From assembly GCA_021323165.1 (NCBI GenBank), contig JAJTCJ010000034.1, positions 20,577 through 84,576 on the forward strand: DNA of 64,000 nucleotides, read 5' to 3'. Under the pieces are notes generated by a model, which ran no database searches, was not told the DNA's origin, and worked only from the letters and a program-made list of their open reading frames with translations. Below, piece by piece: positions 1 through 11,000 of the stretch; within the stretch, counting starts at the first letter, position 1; each line of letters starts with the position of its first letter. The position numbers and the translations under genes are program-made. The stretch is from Bacteroidota bacterium. Its GTDB lineage: Bacteria > Bacteroidota > Bacteroidia > 2-12-FULL-35-15.

Positions 1-1910
1 TTCAATGTTTCTCCAAGCCATTTGAAAAATTCACGCTGCCAAACAAGTCCGTCATGTTCTTTCAGGATCCAGTGATTCTCATTCGGGAAGAATAAGAGTT
101 TGCTTTTTATTCCTTTAAGCTGTGCAGCCTGAAAGGCACCAAGACCTTGTTCTACAGGTACGCGATAATCTTTTGCACCCTGAATGATCATTATAGGAGT
201 ATCCCATTTGTTCACGAAGTTTACAGGGTTGAATTGGTTGTAGCTTTTTTGTGCAGCAACATTGTTTTCTTCCCAATATGCTCCCCCAAGATCCTGGTTT
301 ACAAAGAATAATTCTTCTGTAGTTCCGTACATGCTTCTCCAGTCGAAAATGCCATCATGAGCAATAAATGATTTGAATCTCTTCTCATGAATTCCGGCAA
401 GGAAATAAACAGAGTATCCTCCGTAGCTTGCACCAACACAGCCCAAACGGTTCTTATCTACAAATGGTTCTTTTGCAAGAGCGTCAATTGAAATAAGATA
501 ATCCTTCATGTTCTGTCCGCCATAATCTCTGCTGATCTGCTCATTCCATTTAACCCCGTGACCCGGCATCCCTCTGCGGTTTGGAGCAACAACGATATAA
601 CCGTTAGCAGCCATAAGCTGGAAATTCCAACGGAATGAATAGAATTGCGTTAATGGTGACTGAGGTCCGCCCTGGCAATAAAGCAAGGTTGGGTATTTTT
701 TATTGGGATCAAAGTTCGGAGGATAAATAACCCAAACCAGCATTTGTTGTCCGTCTGTGGCCGTTAAATAGCGTCTTTCAACTTTACTTAAAGTCAGAGA
801 TTTGTATTTCTCATCATTCACATGTGTAAGCTGTTTTAATTCTCCTGTAGTAAGGTCGCAGGTAAAGATCTCAGAAGCGTGATTCATGTCGGTACGCTCA
901 ACGACCATAATATTACCAACCTGTCCGGTCATAGCATGAACATCAAAGTCACCTTTTGTGATCTGCTTTATAACTGCTGCTTTTTTAGATGATCCCGGAT
1001 ATTCGATTGAGAATAATTGAACTACGCCATCCGATGCCGCTGTAAAATAAAGCTTTTTGCCGTCTGTACTCCATTTGTAATCATCAACGGTTCCATCCCA
1101 GTCCTTGGTAAGATTAACTTTTTCTGTTCCGTTCATTACGATGATATCATTCTTATCTGATTCATAACCATCGGTTTTCATGCTTAGGAATGCAAGTATA
1201 CCTGTTGAAGAATAAGACGGTTTGATATCATAACCCATCATTCCTTCTGTAAGATTGGTGGTTTTTTTTGATTCCAGGTTGTAAGCATATATGTCAGTGT
1301 TAGTGCTTAACGCATATTCTTTACCGTATTTCTTTTTCGTAACATAAAGAATCTGCTTACTGTCTGGTGACCAGATAAAATCTTCGTCACCACCAAATGG
1401 TTTTTGCGGACAGTCATAAGGCTCTCCTTTCATAAGGTCCAGGCTGTCTGTTATCTTTCCTCCGGATAAAGTATTCAGGAAAACATGTCCGAACATCCCA
1501 TCTTCCCAGGTATCCCAATGACGGTAATTCAGATCTTCATAGATCATAACATCCGATTTTGTAAGTTCAGGATAAAGATCTTTCCCGAAAACATTCTTCA
1601 CTTTTACTTCAATGCTGCTTATGCTGTGTTTGCCGTCAGGTGATATTCTGCTGTTGTTCAGTAAAGCATCAGGATCAGTTGTGAGAACAGGAGTTCCTCC
1701 GGTAACGGGAACTGAATACTGTTTTGATGTGGCCTTACCTTCAGCTATGCTGTATGTTTTTACATTGTAAACAACAGATTTTCCGTCTTTGCTGATTCCC
1801 ATTCCACTGACTTTTCCAAGTTGAAAAAGTGTTTCGGGAGTCATAACCTGTTGTGCATTTGCGGAGATAGCAAATGCGAGTAAGGAGAGAGAAGCAATAA
1901 TTTTTTTCAT
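1..1910 (-). CDS. S9-family serine peptidase (prolyl oligopeptidase / dipeptidyl-peptidase-like), secreted; C-terminal few residues cut by window edge
   Basis: Absent from the ORF track because it runs off the edge. My own minus-strand translation from ATG at 1910 gives MKKIIASLSLLAFAISANAQQVMTPE (signal peptide) and a long propeller-like N-half. The hydrolase half has the nucleophile elbow G-A-S-Y-G-G (around 430-447), then IIQGAKDYRVP and FPNENHW (Asp/His region), as in S9 peptidases. Confidence 0.75.
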   Translation of the reverse strand, partial: MKKIIASLSLLAFAISANAQQVMTPETLFQLGKVSGMGISKDGKSVVYNVKTYSIAEGKATSKQYSVPVTGGTPVLTTDPDALLNNSRISPDGKHSISSIEVKVKNVFGKDLYPELTKSDVMIYEDLNYRHWDTWEDGMFGHVFLNTLSGGKITDSLDLMKGEPYDCPQKPFGGDEDFIWSPDSKQILYVTKKKYGKEYALSTNTDIYAYNLESKKTTNLTEGMMGYDIKPSYSSTGILAFLSMKTDGYESDKNDIIVMNGTEKVNLTKDWDGTVDDYKWSTDGKKLYFTAASDGVVQLFSIEYPGSSKKAAVIKQITKGDFDVHAMTGQVGNIMVVERTDMNHASEIFTCDLTTGELKQLTHVNDEKYKSLTLSKVERRYLTATDGQQMLVWVIYPPNFDPNKKYPTLLYCQGGPQSPLTQFYSFRWNFQLMAANGYIVVAPNRRGMPGHGVKWNEQISRDYGGQNMKDYLISIDALAKEPFVDKNRLGCVGASYGGYSVYFLAGIHEKRFKSFIAHDGIFDWRSMYGTTEELFFVNQDLGGAYWEENNVAAQKSYNQFNPVNFVNKWDTPIMIIQGAKDYRVPVEQGLGAFQAAQLKGIKSKLLFFPNENHWILKEHDGLVWQREFFKWLGETL

Positions 1911-2000
1911 ATGTAAATAATTTATTTTTTTAAGGTCAGATGGCACGTAATTATTATTTTCAGTGGACAAGTCCACCGCAGTCCAACCTGAATTTAATTT

Positions 2001-2058
2001 AAAAATAAAACCCTCCTTCGCATCGCAAACCTTGTCAGGTTCGCAATGCTTCGAAGGG
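2001..2058 (-). terminator. Long imperfect hairpin plus U-run downstream of tRNA-Ala
   Basis: Arms 2011-2031 and 2038-2058 are imperfect reverse complements. On the minus strand they are followed by TTTTATTTTT. Confidence 0.5.
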
Positions 2059-2064
2059 CGAAGG

Positions 2065-2138
2065 TGGAGAATACCGGATTCGAACCGGTCGCCTCTTCAC
2101 TGCCAGCGAAGCGCTCTAGCCAAATGAGCTAATTCCCC
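2065..2138 (-). tRNA. tRNA-Ala (anticodon GGC)
   Basis: Hand-folded 74-nt cloverleaf: GGGGAAT acceptor with G3:U70 (the Ala identity pair), D arm GCTC/GAGC, anticodon loop CT-GGC-AG, T arm ACCGG-TTCGAAT-CCGGT, discriminator A. CCA is not encoded. Confidence 0.9.
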
Positions 2139-2235
2139 ATAAAACGGATGCAAAGATATTAAATATTGTGAAGTATTGATGAGAAATGGGTGGTCGTATG
2201 ATGGGTGACAGAAATATGTATTGGGACTTAAATGA

Positions 2236-2263
2236 ACACCCCCTAGCCCCTCTTAAGAGGGAA
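2236..2263 (-). repeat. Copy of the 28-nt GC-rich palindromic repeat TTCCC(C)TCT..AGAGGGG.TAGGGG(G)TG (family 2)
   Basis: The reverse complement TTCCCTCTTAAGAGGGGCTAGGGGGTG closely matches the copies at 43113 and 43212. Confidence 0.7.
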
Positions 2264-2295
2264 TAGATCCTGGTCAAAGATTTACAGAGTCATAA

Positions 2296-4665
2296 TCAAT
2301 TCCCTTTGTTAAATAACCTGCGAGTTTTTTTGCGTTCTTCCTTGAGTTTTTCTCTTGGCTTTTTATTATCGAGTTCATTCAATTTGTAAAATGCTTCTTT
2401 CACATCTTCAGGTAGTTCTCCATTATAAGATATCTTATAATATGAAAAACCATTGAAGGGTACTTCTTCTTTTGATGATCTGATCTTTACTCTGTCGGCC
2501 ACTCCTTCTTCTTTAAAATATGTCATAAAAACCTCTTCACGCTTTTTCTTTAATTGTTCGTATTTGCGAAGGATAAGATCTGAACCAACCAATGCTTCAG
2601 CCTTAGCCTGAGAAGTAAACAGCATTGTGTTCCTGGTTTGTTTTTGTAGATACTGTGTAAACAGGGTGTCTTTGGCTGACATTTTAAAAACCTCGATCGA
2701 ATCATCTTCACTGAACTCAGAGTTCTTTCTGTTGTTTGATTGCAGCCAGTATTTCTTTTTGGCTTCAAACATCAGGATGTATTCTTTTTCTTTGTCAGCG
2801 TACATCATAGGCGTTACATTAATTGAAGACTGGGGATGCTCTTTAAGGAAATCGGCTAATCCTTCTGCAAAATTTTCCTGATCGGGAAGCAATTTAGGAG
2901 AGCTGGTTTCCCAATTCATTGCCAGGTTCTTCTCTATTTCCATTTCAACAGTCTTTACCTCTGCACGGTAGAGTGTGGTTGCGGGTTTCACAAAGATGTT
3001 GCTGATAACATCAAAAATCACATCTCTTAAATGAAACTTAGGATCTTTCAGATTTCCTGTGATTGGAACATCATAGTCTATTGCATTTCCGCGTTCCCGG
3101 ACAAAGAACATAGCAAATCGCAATGGAAGCCAGGTGTTATCATCCATCCGGACTCTTTTAGTGATCCGTGGATCTATTACTAAAACACGGTTGCTGCTTT
3201 TGATCTCACCGTTCTTAACCACCCAATTGCCTCTTACAGCAATGCTTCCGCGATCCAATGGGAATGTAGTTGCTGTGATAAGGAAAGGATTAAGGACCGC
3301 TGCATTTATCTTTTCAATATTATAATTGATATCAAAATCTGAACTATCCTTGGGATTAATTCCAAGTTTTACATTAAGACTTCCATAGGGTTTTATACCC
3401 GATGTAATGGTTAACGCAACTCTCTCTTTGTTGCTGTTCAACGAATCCGCATAAATATTCAAAGGGTTCAGCGCTACCGCGAACTTTTCACTTTGAGAAT
3501 AATCATGATAGCGAATGTCAGCGCTATAGATTGCTAATCGGCCGACCTTGTAGTTAGATTTAAAGAAATTTTTTGCCAATAATTTAACGTAGTCAGCGAT
3601 CTCTATCACAAGATTGAATTGTTCATCTTTAGAGGCTGCAGCAGCTTTGACGTTTTCTCCTTTTTCCCCGAACATTTTCTGGATGTTATCCAGCTCATCG
3701 TATTTTTCGTATTTAAAATAAGGATGAATAAGTGAAACAGAATCCATCAGATATTTTTTCATTTTGGGATTCAGCTGAATGACATCAATTGTAAATTTTT
3801 CAAACGAAGCGAAATCTTCTTTTTCATTTTTACCAAAATGAAAATCACTGATCGAAATAATACCTTTGGCATTAATATTTCGCGCATCTTTTAAATTACC
3901 TGTCGCAGAAACAGCGGCATCCAGAATAGCGCGGAACTGTCCGTAGTTCATCATTGTTTTCAGATACTGCTCAAAAGGTACAAGGTCGAATTTTTTGACA
4001 ACTGTTGACATTCTATAATCCGAAGTGGCCGCATTCATGTACATTATACCCTCTACATCACCTGTCCCGACTCCTGAGCTGAACGCATATTTAATACTCA
4101 TAGTGTCTGCATTCCAGTATTTACCACTCCATTCTATGTTTAATTTTTTCACAGAGTATAACACCGGTGTGAAAGTTTCATCATATGAAATCTCTCCATT
4201 CTTAATAGCGACATCCAGGATATTAAACTTGACAGGTTCTTTTTTTTCTTCTTCAGGTTCATCTTCTTTGCTGAACTTTTTGATCAGATCACTGAAATTA
4301 AATATGTTGTCTTTGCCATGCTTCACCATGATCTTAGGGTCACTTAGCGTCAAACCTGAAATCTCATAAGTTTTGGAAAGCATTTTAAGCATCTCGAAAT
4401 TGATCGATAAACCGGATGCTGATAAAAAGACAGAATCATTCTTTTCTTCCATTATATTCAGTTTATCAAAATGAACATAACCTGTAAATGGATTTACATA
4501 CGCCCAGTTCATAGTGACTTCCCGCCCAAGATATTTGATATCATGCTTTTCAACAAGGTATTTGGTAATAGGGGATATAAATGCGATCACTAGTCCGACC
4601 AAGATTATAACTACAAGAAGTATAATAAGAAGAGTTTTTTTCAGGCGATGGTGTTTTTTAATCAT
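2296..4665 (-). CDS. Large membrane-anchored protein, tentatively DUF748/AsmA-like
   Basis: 789-aa ORF with a single N-terminal TM helix (LLIILLVVIILVGLVIAFI) and a long beta-rich body. Family assignment is from memory of DUF748 N-termini only. Confidence 0.35.
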   Translation of the reverse strand: MIKKHHRLKKTLLIILLVVIILVGLVIAFISPITKYLVEKHDIKYLGREVTMNWAYVNPFTGYVHFDKLNIMEEKNDSVFLSASGLSINFEMLKMLSKTYEISGLTLSDPKIMVKHGKDNIFNFSDLIKKFSKEDEPEEEKKEPVKFNILDVAIKNGEISYDETFTPVLYSVKKLNIEWSGKYWNADTMSIKYAFSSGVGTGDVEGIMYMNAATSDYRMSTVVKKFDLVPFEQYLKTMMNYGQFRAILDAAVSATGNLKDARNINAKGIISISDFHFGKNEKEDFASFEKFTIDVIQLNPKMKKYLMDSVSLIHPYFKYEKYDELDNIQKMFGEKGENVKAAAASKDEQFNLVIEIADYVKLLAKNFFKSNYKVGRLAIYSADIRYHDYSQSEKFAVALNPLNIYADSLNSNKERVALTITSGIKPYGSLNVKLGINPKDSSDFDINYNIEKINAAVLNPFLITATTFPLDRGSIAVRGNWVVKNGEIKSSNRVLVIDPRITKRVRMDDNTWLPLRFAMFFVRERGNAIDYDVPITGNLKDPKFHLRDVIFDVISNIFVKPATTLYRAEVKTVEMEIEKNLAMNWETSSPKLLPDQENFAEGLADFLKEHPQSSINVTPMMYADKEKEYILMFEAKKKYWLQSNNRKNSEFSEDDSIEVFKMSAKDTLFTQYLQKQTRNTMLFTSQAKAEALVGSDLILRKYEQLKKKREEVFMTYFKEEGVADRVKIRSSKEEVPFNGFSYYKISYNGELPEDVKEAFYKLNELDNKKPREKLKEERKKTRRLFNKGN

Positions 4666-5034
4666 AATACTCCTTAAGCGTTTTTTTTATTCCTGAGCTT
4701 TCAGTAAAAAAAAGCGCCAGTTCGTAAATGTAGACAATAAGGAACGAAACAGACAGGAAAGTTTTTTTGCGATGTTAAAATGAGGTTCAGTATAAAAATC
4801 TCGGGGTCGGGAAATATTTGCATACATGAAATTCTGTGATAAAAATATCTGATTTTATAAAGTTGTCTTTGGCTACACTTTTTTCTTTTCTGGCTATTTT
4901 TTAAAACCCTCTGTCTTTTAGCTGTTCTCTTGAAAGCCTTGCAGGCATGTGTTTTTTGAACTGTGATTCTGGAAAATAATTTAATCGATGAACGGGTAAT
5001 TATAAAAGTTGGAAATACAAAAATCTAGTTTGAC

Positions 5035-8000
5035 ATGAAAAAAATTACTTTGATCATATTGAAAATATTTATCGTTAGCTCAGTATATGCTCAGTGTACG
5101 GCCCCCTCTTTCAATGTGAATTTATCGGCTGCTTCCGATACAAGCTGGATCTTATCCGGTACAAGCAGAGCAGGTTTATGCTGTGGGTCTTCGAATTGCG
5201 TTCGTTTTAATGTAACGCTCAATTCCAATACAGATCTTGTGAATTTTACAGTGTCAAATCCTTCACCTTCAGGATCTGCATTTTATCAGATCAATTGCGG
5301 GCCTCCTATTTCAATCGGAACTCCATTTTGTGTTGCAGGACTTACATCTCCATTTACAATCACCTATTGTAAGCCGGGAGGTGACCGTCCGGATTTTAAA
5401 ATAATAGCGGGATCTATCGGTAAGGCATCCGATGACATAACAATAAGAAATACCGGTTGTACTGATACATTATTTGTTTCAAACATTAATCCGGCAACAG
5501 TTACATGGACTTCAATCTATCCGGGAGTACAGGGTGCGTATAATAATTATTTAAGCTGCACTTCAGGTTGTACTTCAACACTCGTTACCTCTATAAGCCA
5601 AACTCCACCTCCCTATATTGATTTCCAGGTTTCAGGTGCACCTAACACATTATCCTGCGGAACAACATGTAAGGATACAGTGCGCGTTTATTTTGTGAAT
5701 GACATGAACGTGAGTATCAGTCCTCCTTCAGCAGTTACCTGTGCAGCACCGGGCACTGCTATAACGATGACAGCCAACCCTAGCGGAGGTTTGCCTCCTT
5801 ATACTTACAGCTGGAGCAATGGCGCAAACACTCAGTCAATATCTACAAGCGTAACAGGAACCTACACAGTTACTGTTTCTGATAAAACTCAATGTCCTGT
5901 AAAAACAGCAACTAAAACTTTAGCTCCTTCACCGGTTGCAACCTTCACTTATACACCTGGATCTTATTGTAAAAATGTGGGATATAATCCAATTCCAACT
6001 TTTTCAGGAGCTGGAACACCGGGAACTTTTACGGCCACTCCTTCCGGGCTCGTTTTTGTAAATGCCAATACAGGGGAAATCAATCTGGCTGCGAGTGCGC
6101 CAAATCAATATACTGTTACCAATACAGTTCCGGCAGCAGGTTCTTGTCCTGGTTCATCTTATTCTGCAACAGTGTATATTCTGCCTGTTCCTTATATGGT
6201 AAGTCCGGCAAGTGCATCAGTATGTACAGGTGGAACGGTTAATATTCCTCTCATTGCTAATTTCAGCTCTTCCTATACATGGATTGCAAATAATAATCCT
6301 AATGTTTCAGGTGAAAGTCTTACGCTTCAGACAAGTGCAACATTAAATAACACACTTATAAATAATACAGGTACAGTTCAGTATGTTACATATACTGTTA
6401 CACCCACAGCAACTATTTATGGAAATTGTCCGGGAACGCCTCAAATTGTTACAGTAACAGTGAATCCTCTTGATAACGCAGGTTTTTATTATGCATCATC
6501 AACAGTTTGTAACACCGGAACACATCCAAACCCTGTAATCACGGGTGTAACGAATGGATCCTTTTCAGGTTCAGCCGGTATGACAATAAATGGTGTTAAC
6601 GGGCAGATAAATTTATCATCCACTGCTGTCGGGTCCTATACAGTAACCTATACTACAAATGCTACTTGTCCTAATTCTGCTACCTTTCCTATCACTGTAA
6701 CCACAGGACCTTCAGCCACTTTTAATTATCCAAGTGCATCTTATTGCCAGAATTCTCCAAATCCCTTACCTGTATTTCCTCCAGGATCAAGTGCCGGTAA
6801 TTTCAGCTCGACCAGCGGTTTAGTATTTGTAAGTACTATCACCGGAGAGGTGAATCTGATGGCAAGCACTCCGGGAACATATATTATTGTTAACACTATT
6901 GCTCCGGCTGGTGGTTGCAGTGCAACCTCAGCAACAACAACTATTACTATAAATAAATATAATTCGCCTGCATTTAATTATGCAGGAAGCCCTTATTGCC
7001 AGAATGGAACAAATCCTTCTCCTGTATTTACAGGTGGCGGTGTTGCCGGGACTTTTACTTCTGCCGCAGGTCTTAGTATTAATCCTGCAACAGGGATCAT
7101 TAACCTTGCAGCAAGTGCTCCGGGGACTTACACCATAACAAATACAATTTCAGCGAATGGAAGTTGTTCTGCAGTATCTGCTAATGCGACAGTTACCATC
7201 ACGGCATTGCCGGTTACAACATTCTCATATACCGGCTCACCATATTGCCAGAATTCATCTAATCCATTACCTACTTTCAGTGGCGGAGGAACTGCCGGTA
7301 CATTTACAGCTTCTTCATTATTTCTTGAAGTAAATCCGGGTACAGGAATGATCGATCTTGCAGCCAGCACATGTGACAATTATTATGTAACCAATTATAT
7401 TCCTGCTGCGAACGGATGTCCTGCAGTTTCAACTATCGTTCCTGTAACAATAACTCCATTGCCTATTGCATCATTTAGTTATACTGCAAGTCCATATTGC
7501 CAGAATGCTTTTGATCCAACTCCTGTTGTGAGTTTTGGAGGAACAAATGGTATTTATACAGGTTCTCCTTCCGGATTAACTGTTGAGCCTAATTCAGGAA
7601 CTCTTACACTTTCGTCATCAACCCCTGGAAATTATACGGTAACCAATACTGTTCCTGCTTTCAATGGTTGTCCTGCTGTGATTGCAACAGCGCCAGTAAC
7701 GATCAGTCCGCTAACTCCGGGAACCTTTAGTTATCCTAATACACCTTATTGTAAAAATGCAATGAACCCTTTACCTGTTTTTACGGGTGGCAGTGCTGCA
7801 GGAATTTTTTCTGCTCCGGCCGGGCTTGTAATAAATTCTGCTACAGGTGAAATAGATCTTGCTGCAAGCACAGCAGGAACATATACTGTAACAAATACAA
7901 CTGCTCCTTCAAATGGATGTGCAGGAGCAGCATATACTTCCACAATAACTATTACTCCTCTTCCTGTTGCAACATTTAGTTATGCCGGCAGTCCTTATTG

Positions 8001-11000
8001 TCAAAATGCAGGAACTGCATCTCCAGCATTTATAGGTGGCGGAGCTGCAGGAGTGTTTACTTCATCTGCCGGGTTAATTATTAATTCTTCTACAGGAGTT
8101 ATAGATCTTGCTTCAAGCACAGCCGGAACTTATACTGTAACCAATACAATTGCGGCTGCAAATGGTTGTCCGGCTGTGACTGCAACCGTTAACATTACTA
8201 TAACAACTTTACCGGTTGCAACTTTCAGTTATACCGGCTCTCCTTATTGTCAGAATGCCGGTACTGCTTCACCGGCATTAACAGCAGGAGCTTCTGCCGG
8301 AATATTCAGCTCAGCTTCAGGATTAAGTATAAATGCATCTACAGGTGAAATTAATTTATCTGCCAGTACCGTTGGAACATACACCGTAACAAACACAATT
8401 GTGGCTGCAAATGGTTGCCCTGCAGTAACTGCTACAGCAAGCATTACTATTACACCGTTGCCAACAGCATCATTCAATTATACTGGCACACCATATTGTC
8501 AGAATTCCGGTACTGCTTCACCAACTTTTATTGGCGGAGGTTATGCAGGAATATTTAGTTCAACGGCCGGGTTATTCATTAACTCTTCAACAGGACTTGT
8601 AGATTTTACCGCAAGCACAGCCGGAACATATACTGTGACAAATACAATTGCAGCTGCAAATGGTTGCCCGGCAGTTACCGCAACAGCACCTGTTACAATA
8701 ACACCATTACCAGTTGCAACATTTAGCTATACTGGAACACCATACTGTCAGAATGCAGGAGTAGCTTCACCAACTTTCACCGAGGGAAGTTATACCGGAA
8801 CATTTAGTTCATCAACAGGTTTAAGTATAAATGCATCAACAGGAGAAGTAGATTTGTCTTCAAGTGCAGCTGGAACGTATACGGTAACAAATACTATTGC
8901 TGCTGCAAATGGTTGTCCGGATGTTACATCAACAGCTTCTATAACTGTTACTCCGCTTCCGGTTGCTACATTCAATTATACAGGTTCGCCTTATTGCCAG
9001 AATGCCGGAAGTGCTTCACCAGTATTTATCGGAGGAGGGTATGCCGGAACATTTAGTTCAACAAGCGGATTAACTATTGATCCCGTTACCGGAGTTGTTG
9101 ATCTGGCGTTAAGCACAGCCGGGACATACACTGTTACAAACACGATCGATGCATCAAATGGCTGTCCTGCTGTTTTTTCAACAACCAACATTACAATAAC
9201 TACTCTGCCGGTTGCTTCATTTGTATATACCGACTCACCTTATTGTCAGAACCAGGCCAATCCTATACCAACATTCACCGGTGGTGGTCAAGCCGGAGCT
9301 TTCAGTTCAACAAGCGGCTTAAGTATTAATTCTGTAGCAGGAACGATTGATCTTGAAGCAAGCACTGCAGGTACCTACATGGTAACGAATACGATCGATG
9401 CATCAAATGGTTGTCCTTCAGTTTCAGCTTCTACAAGTATTACTATTACTCCTTTGCCAGTTGCTTCTTTTAGTTATTCTGATCTTTTCTTTTGCCAGGA
9501 CGGATCGGATCCTCTTCCAACATTAGCTGTCGGAGCTACTGCAGGAACATTTAGTTCCACAAACGGCTTAAGCATTAATAGCTCAACAGGGCGCGTTGAT
9601 CTTCTTGCAAGCACAATTGGGACGTACATTATAACCAATACAATTGATGCATCGAATGGCTGTCCTGAAGTGGCTGAAAATGTTTCACTCACAATAAACC
9701 CAATAGCTATTGCAGATGCCGGACCTGATGCGGCAATCTGTGAAGGAAATTCATATGCCTTATCTGGAACGATTGGTGGCGGTGCAACTTCATTGATCTG
9801 GACAAGCAATGGTACAGGATCTTTTGACGATAATACATCAGCAAGTGCAACATATACGCCATCAACGGCTGATATAACAGCAGGTAACGTGGTCTTAAGA
9901 TTAACTACTAATGATCCGGCAGGCCCATGTGCTGAAACGTGGAATGCAATGGTATTAACAATAGAACCGGCAGCAATTGCAAATGCTTCTTCTGATGCTG
10001 TTATCTGTTCGGGAACATCATACTCATTAACAGGAAATATTGGAGGCGGTGCATCATCATTAACATGGACAACAAGCGGAAGCGGAACCTTTGATAACGC
10101 TTCTTCATCTTCGGCTGTATACACTCCTTCTTCAAATGATATTGCTGCCGGGATTGTAACCCTAACGCTTACAACTAATGATCCTGCCGGAGTTTGTCCA
10201 GCTGTTTCAGACGAAATGGCCCTCACAATTAATCCTGATGCCATGGCTAATGCAGGACAAGATAGTTCTATCTGTGAAGGAAGCTCATTTGCTTTATCGG
10301 GAGTAATAGGAGGAGGAGCATCATCTCTTACCTGGACCAGCAGCGGGAACGGAACATTTGATGATGTTAATTCAGCTTCTGCAGTTTATACTCCATCTGC
10401 AAGTGATATTACTAATGGTAGTGTAATATTAACAATAACAACTAATGATCCGGCAGGACCATGCAATGCAGCTTCAGATAACATGACTTTAATAATAGAA
10501 CCTGCAGCAATCGCTGATGCCGCTTCGGATGCAGTAATCTGTTCGGGATCTGTGTATACATTATCAGGTAATATAAATGGCGGAGCTTCTTCTTTATCTT
10601 GGACAAGCAATGGCAGCGGAAGTTTTGATAATAATGCTTCAGCAAATGCTGTTTACACTCCATCTTCTGCAGATATCGCTTCAGGTAATATAACATTAAC
10701 ATTAACAACAAATGATCCGGCAGGATTCTGCTCTGCAGTATCGGATGACATGATCTTAACAATCAACCCGGATGCAACAGTTTACGCAGGAGTTGATACT
10801 TCTATCTGTTCAGGTAATTCATATAAATTATCGGGATCCGTTGGTGGCGGTGCTTCAGGACTTATCTGGACAAGCAATGGAAGCGGAACTTTTGATGATA
10901 ACACTTTAGCTTCAGCAACATATTTCCCTTCACCTGCAGATATTTCAGCGGGAAGTGTAATTCTTACTGTAACAACAAATGATCCTGCAGGACCATGTAT

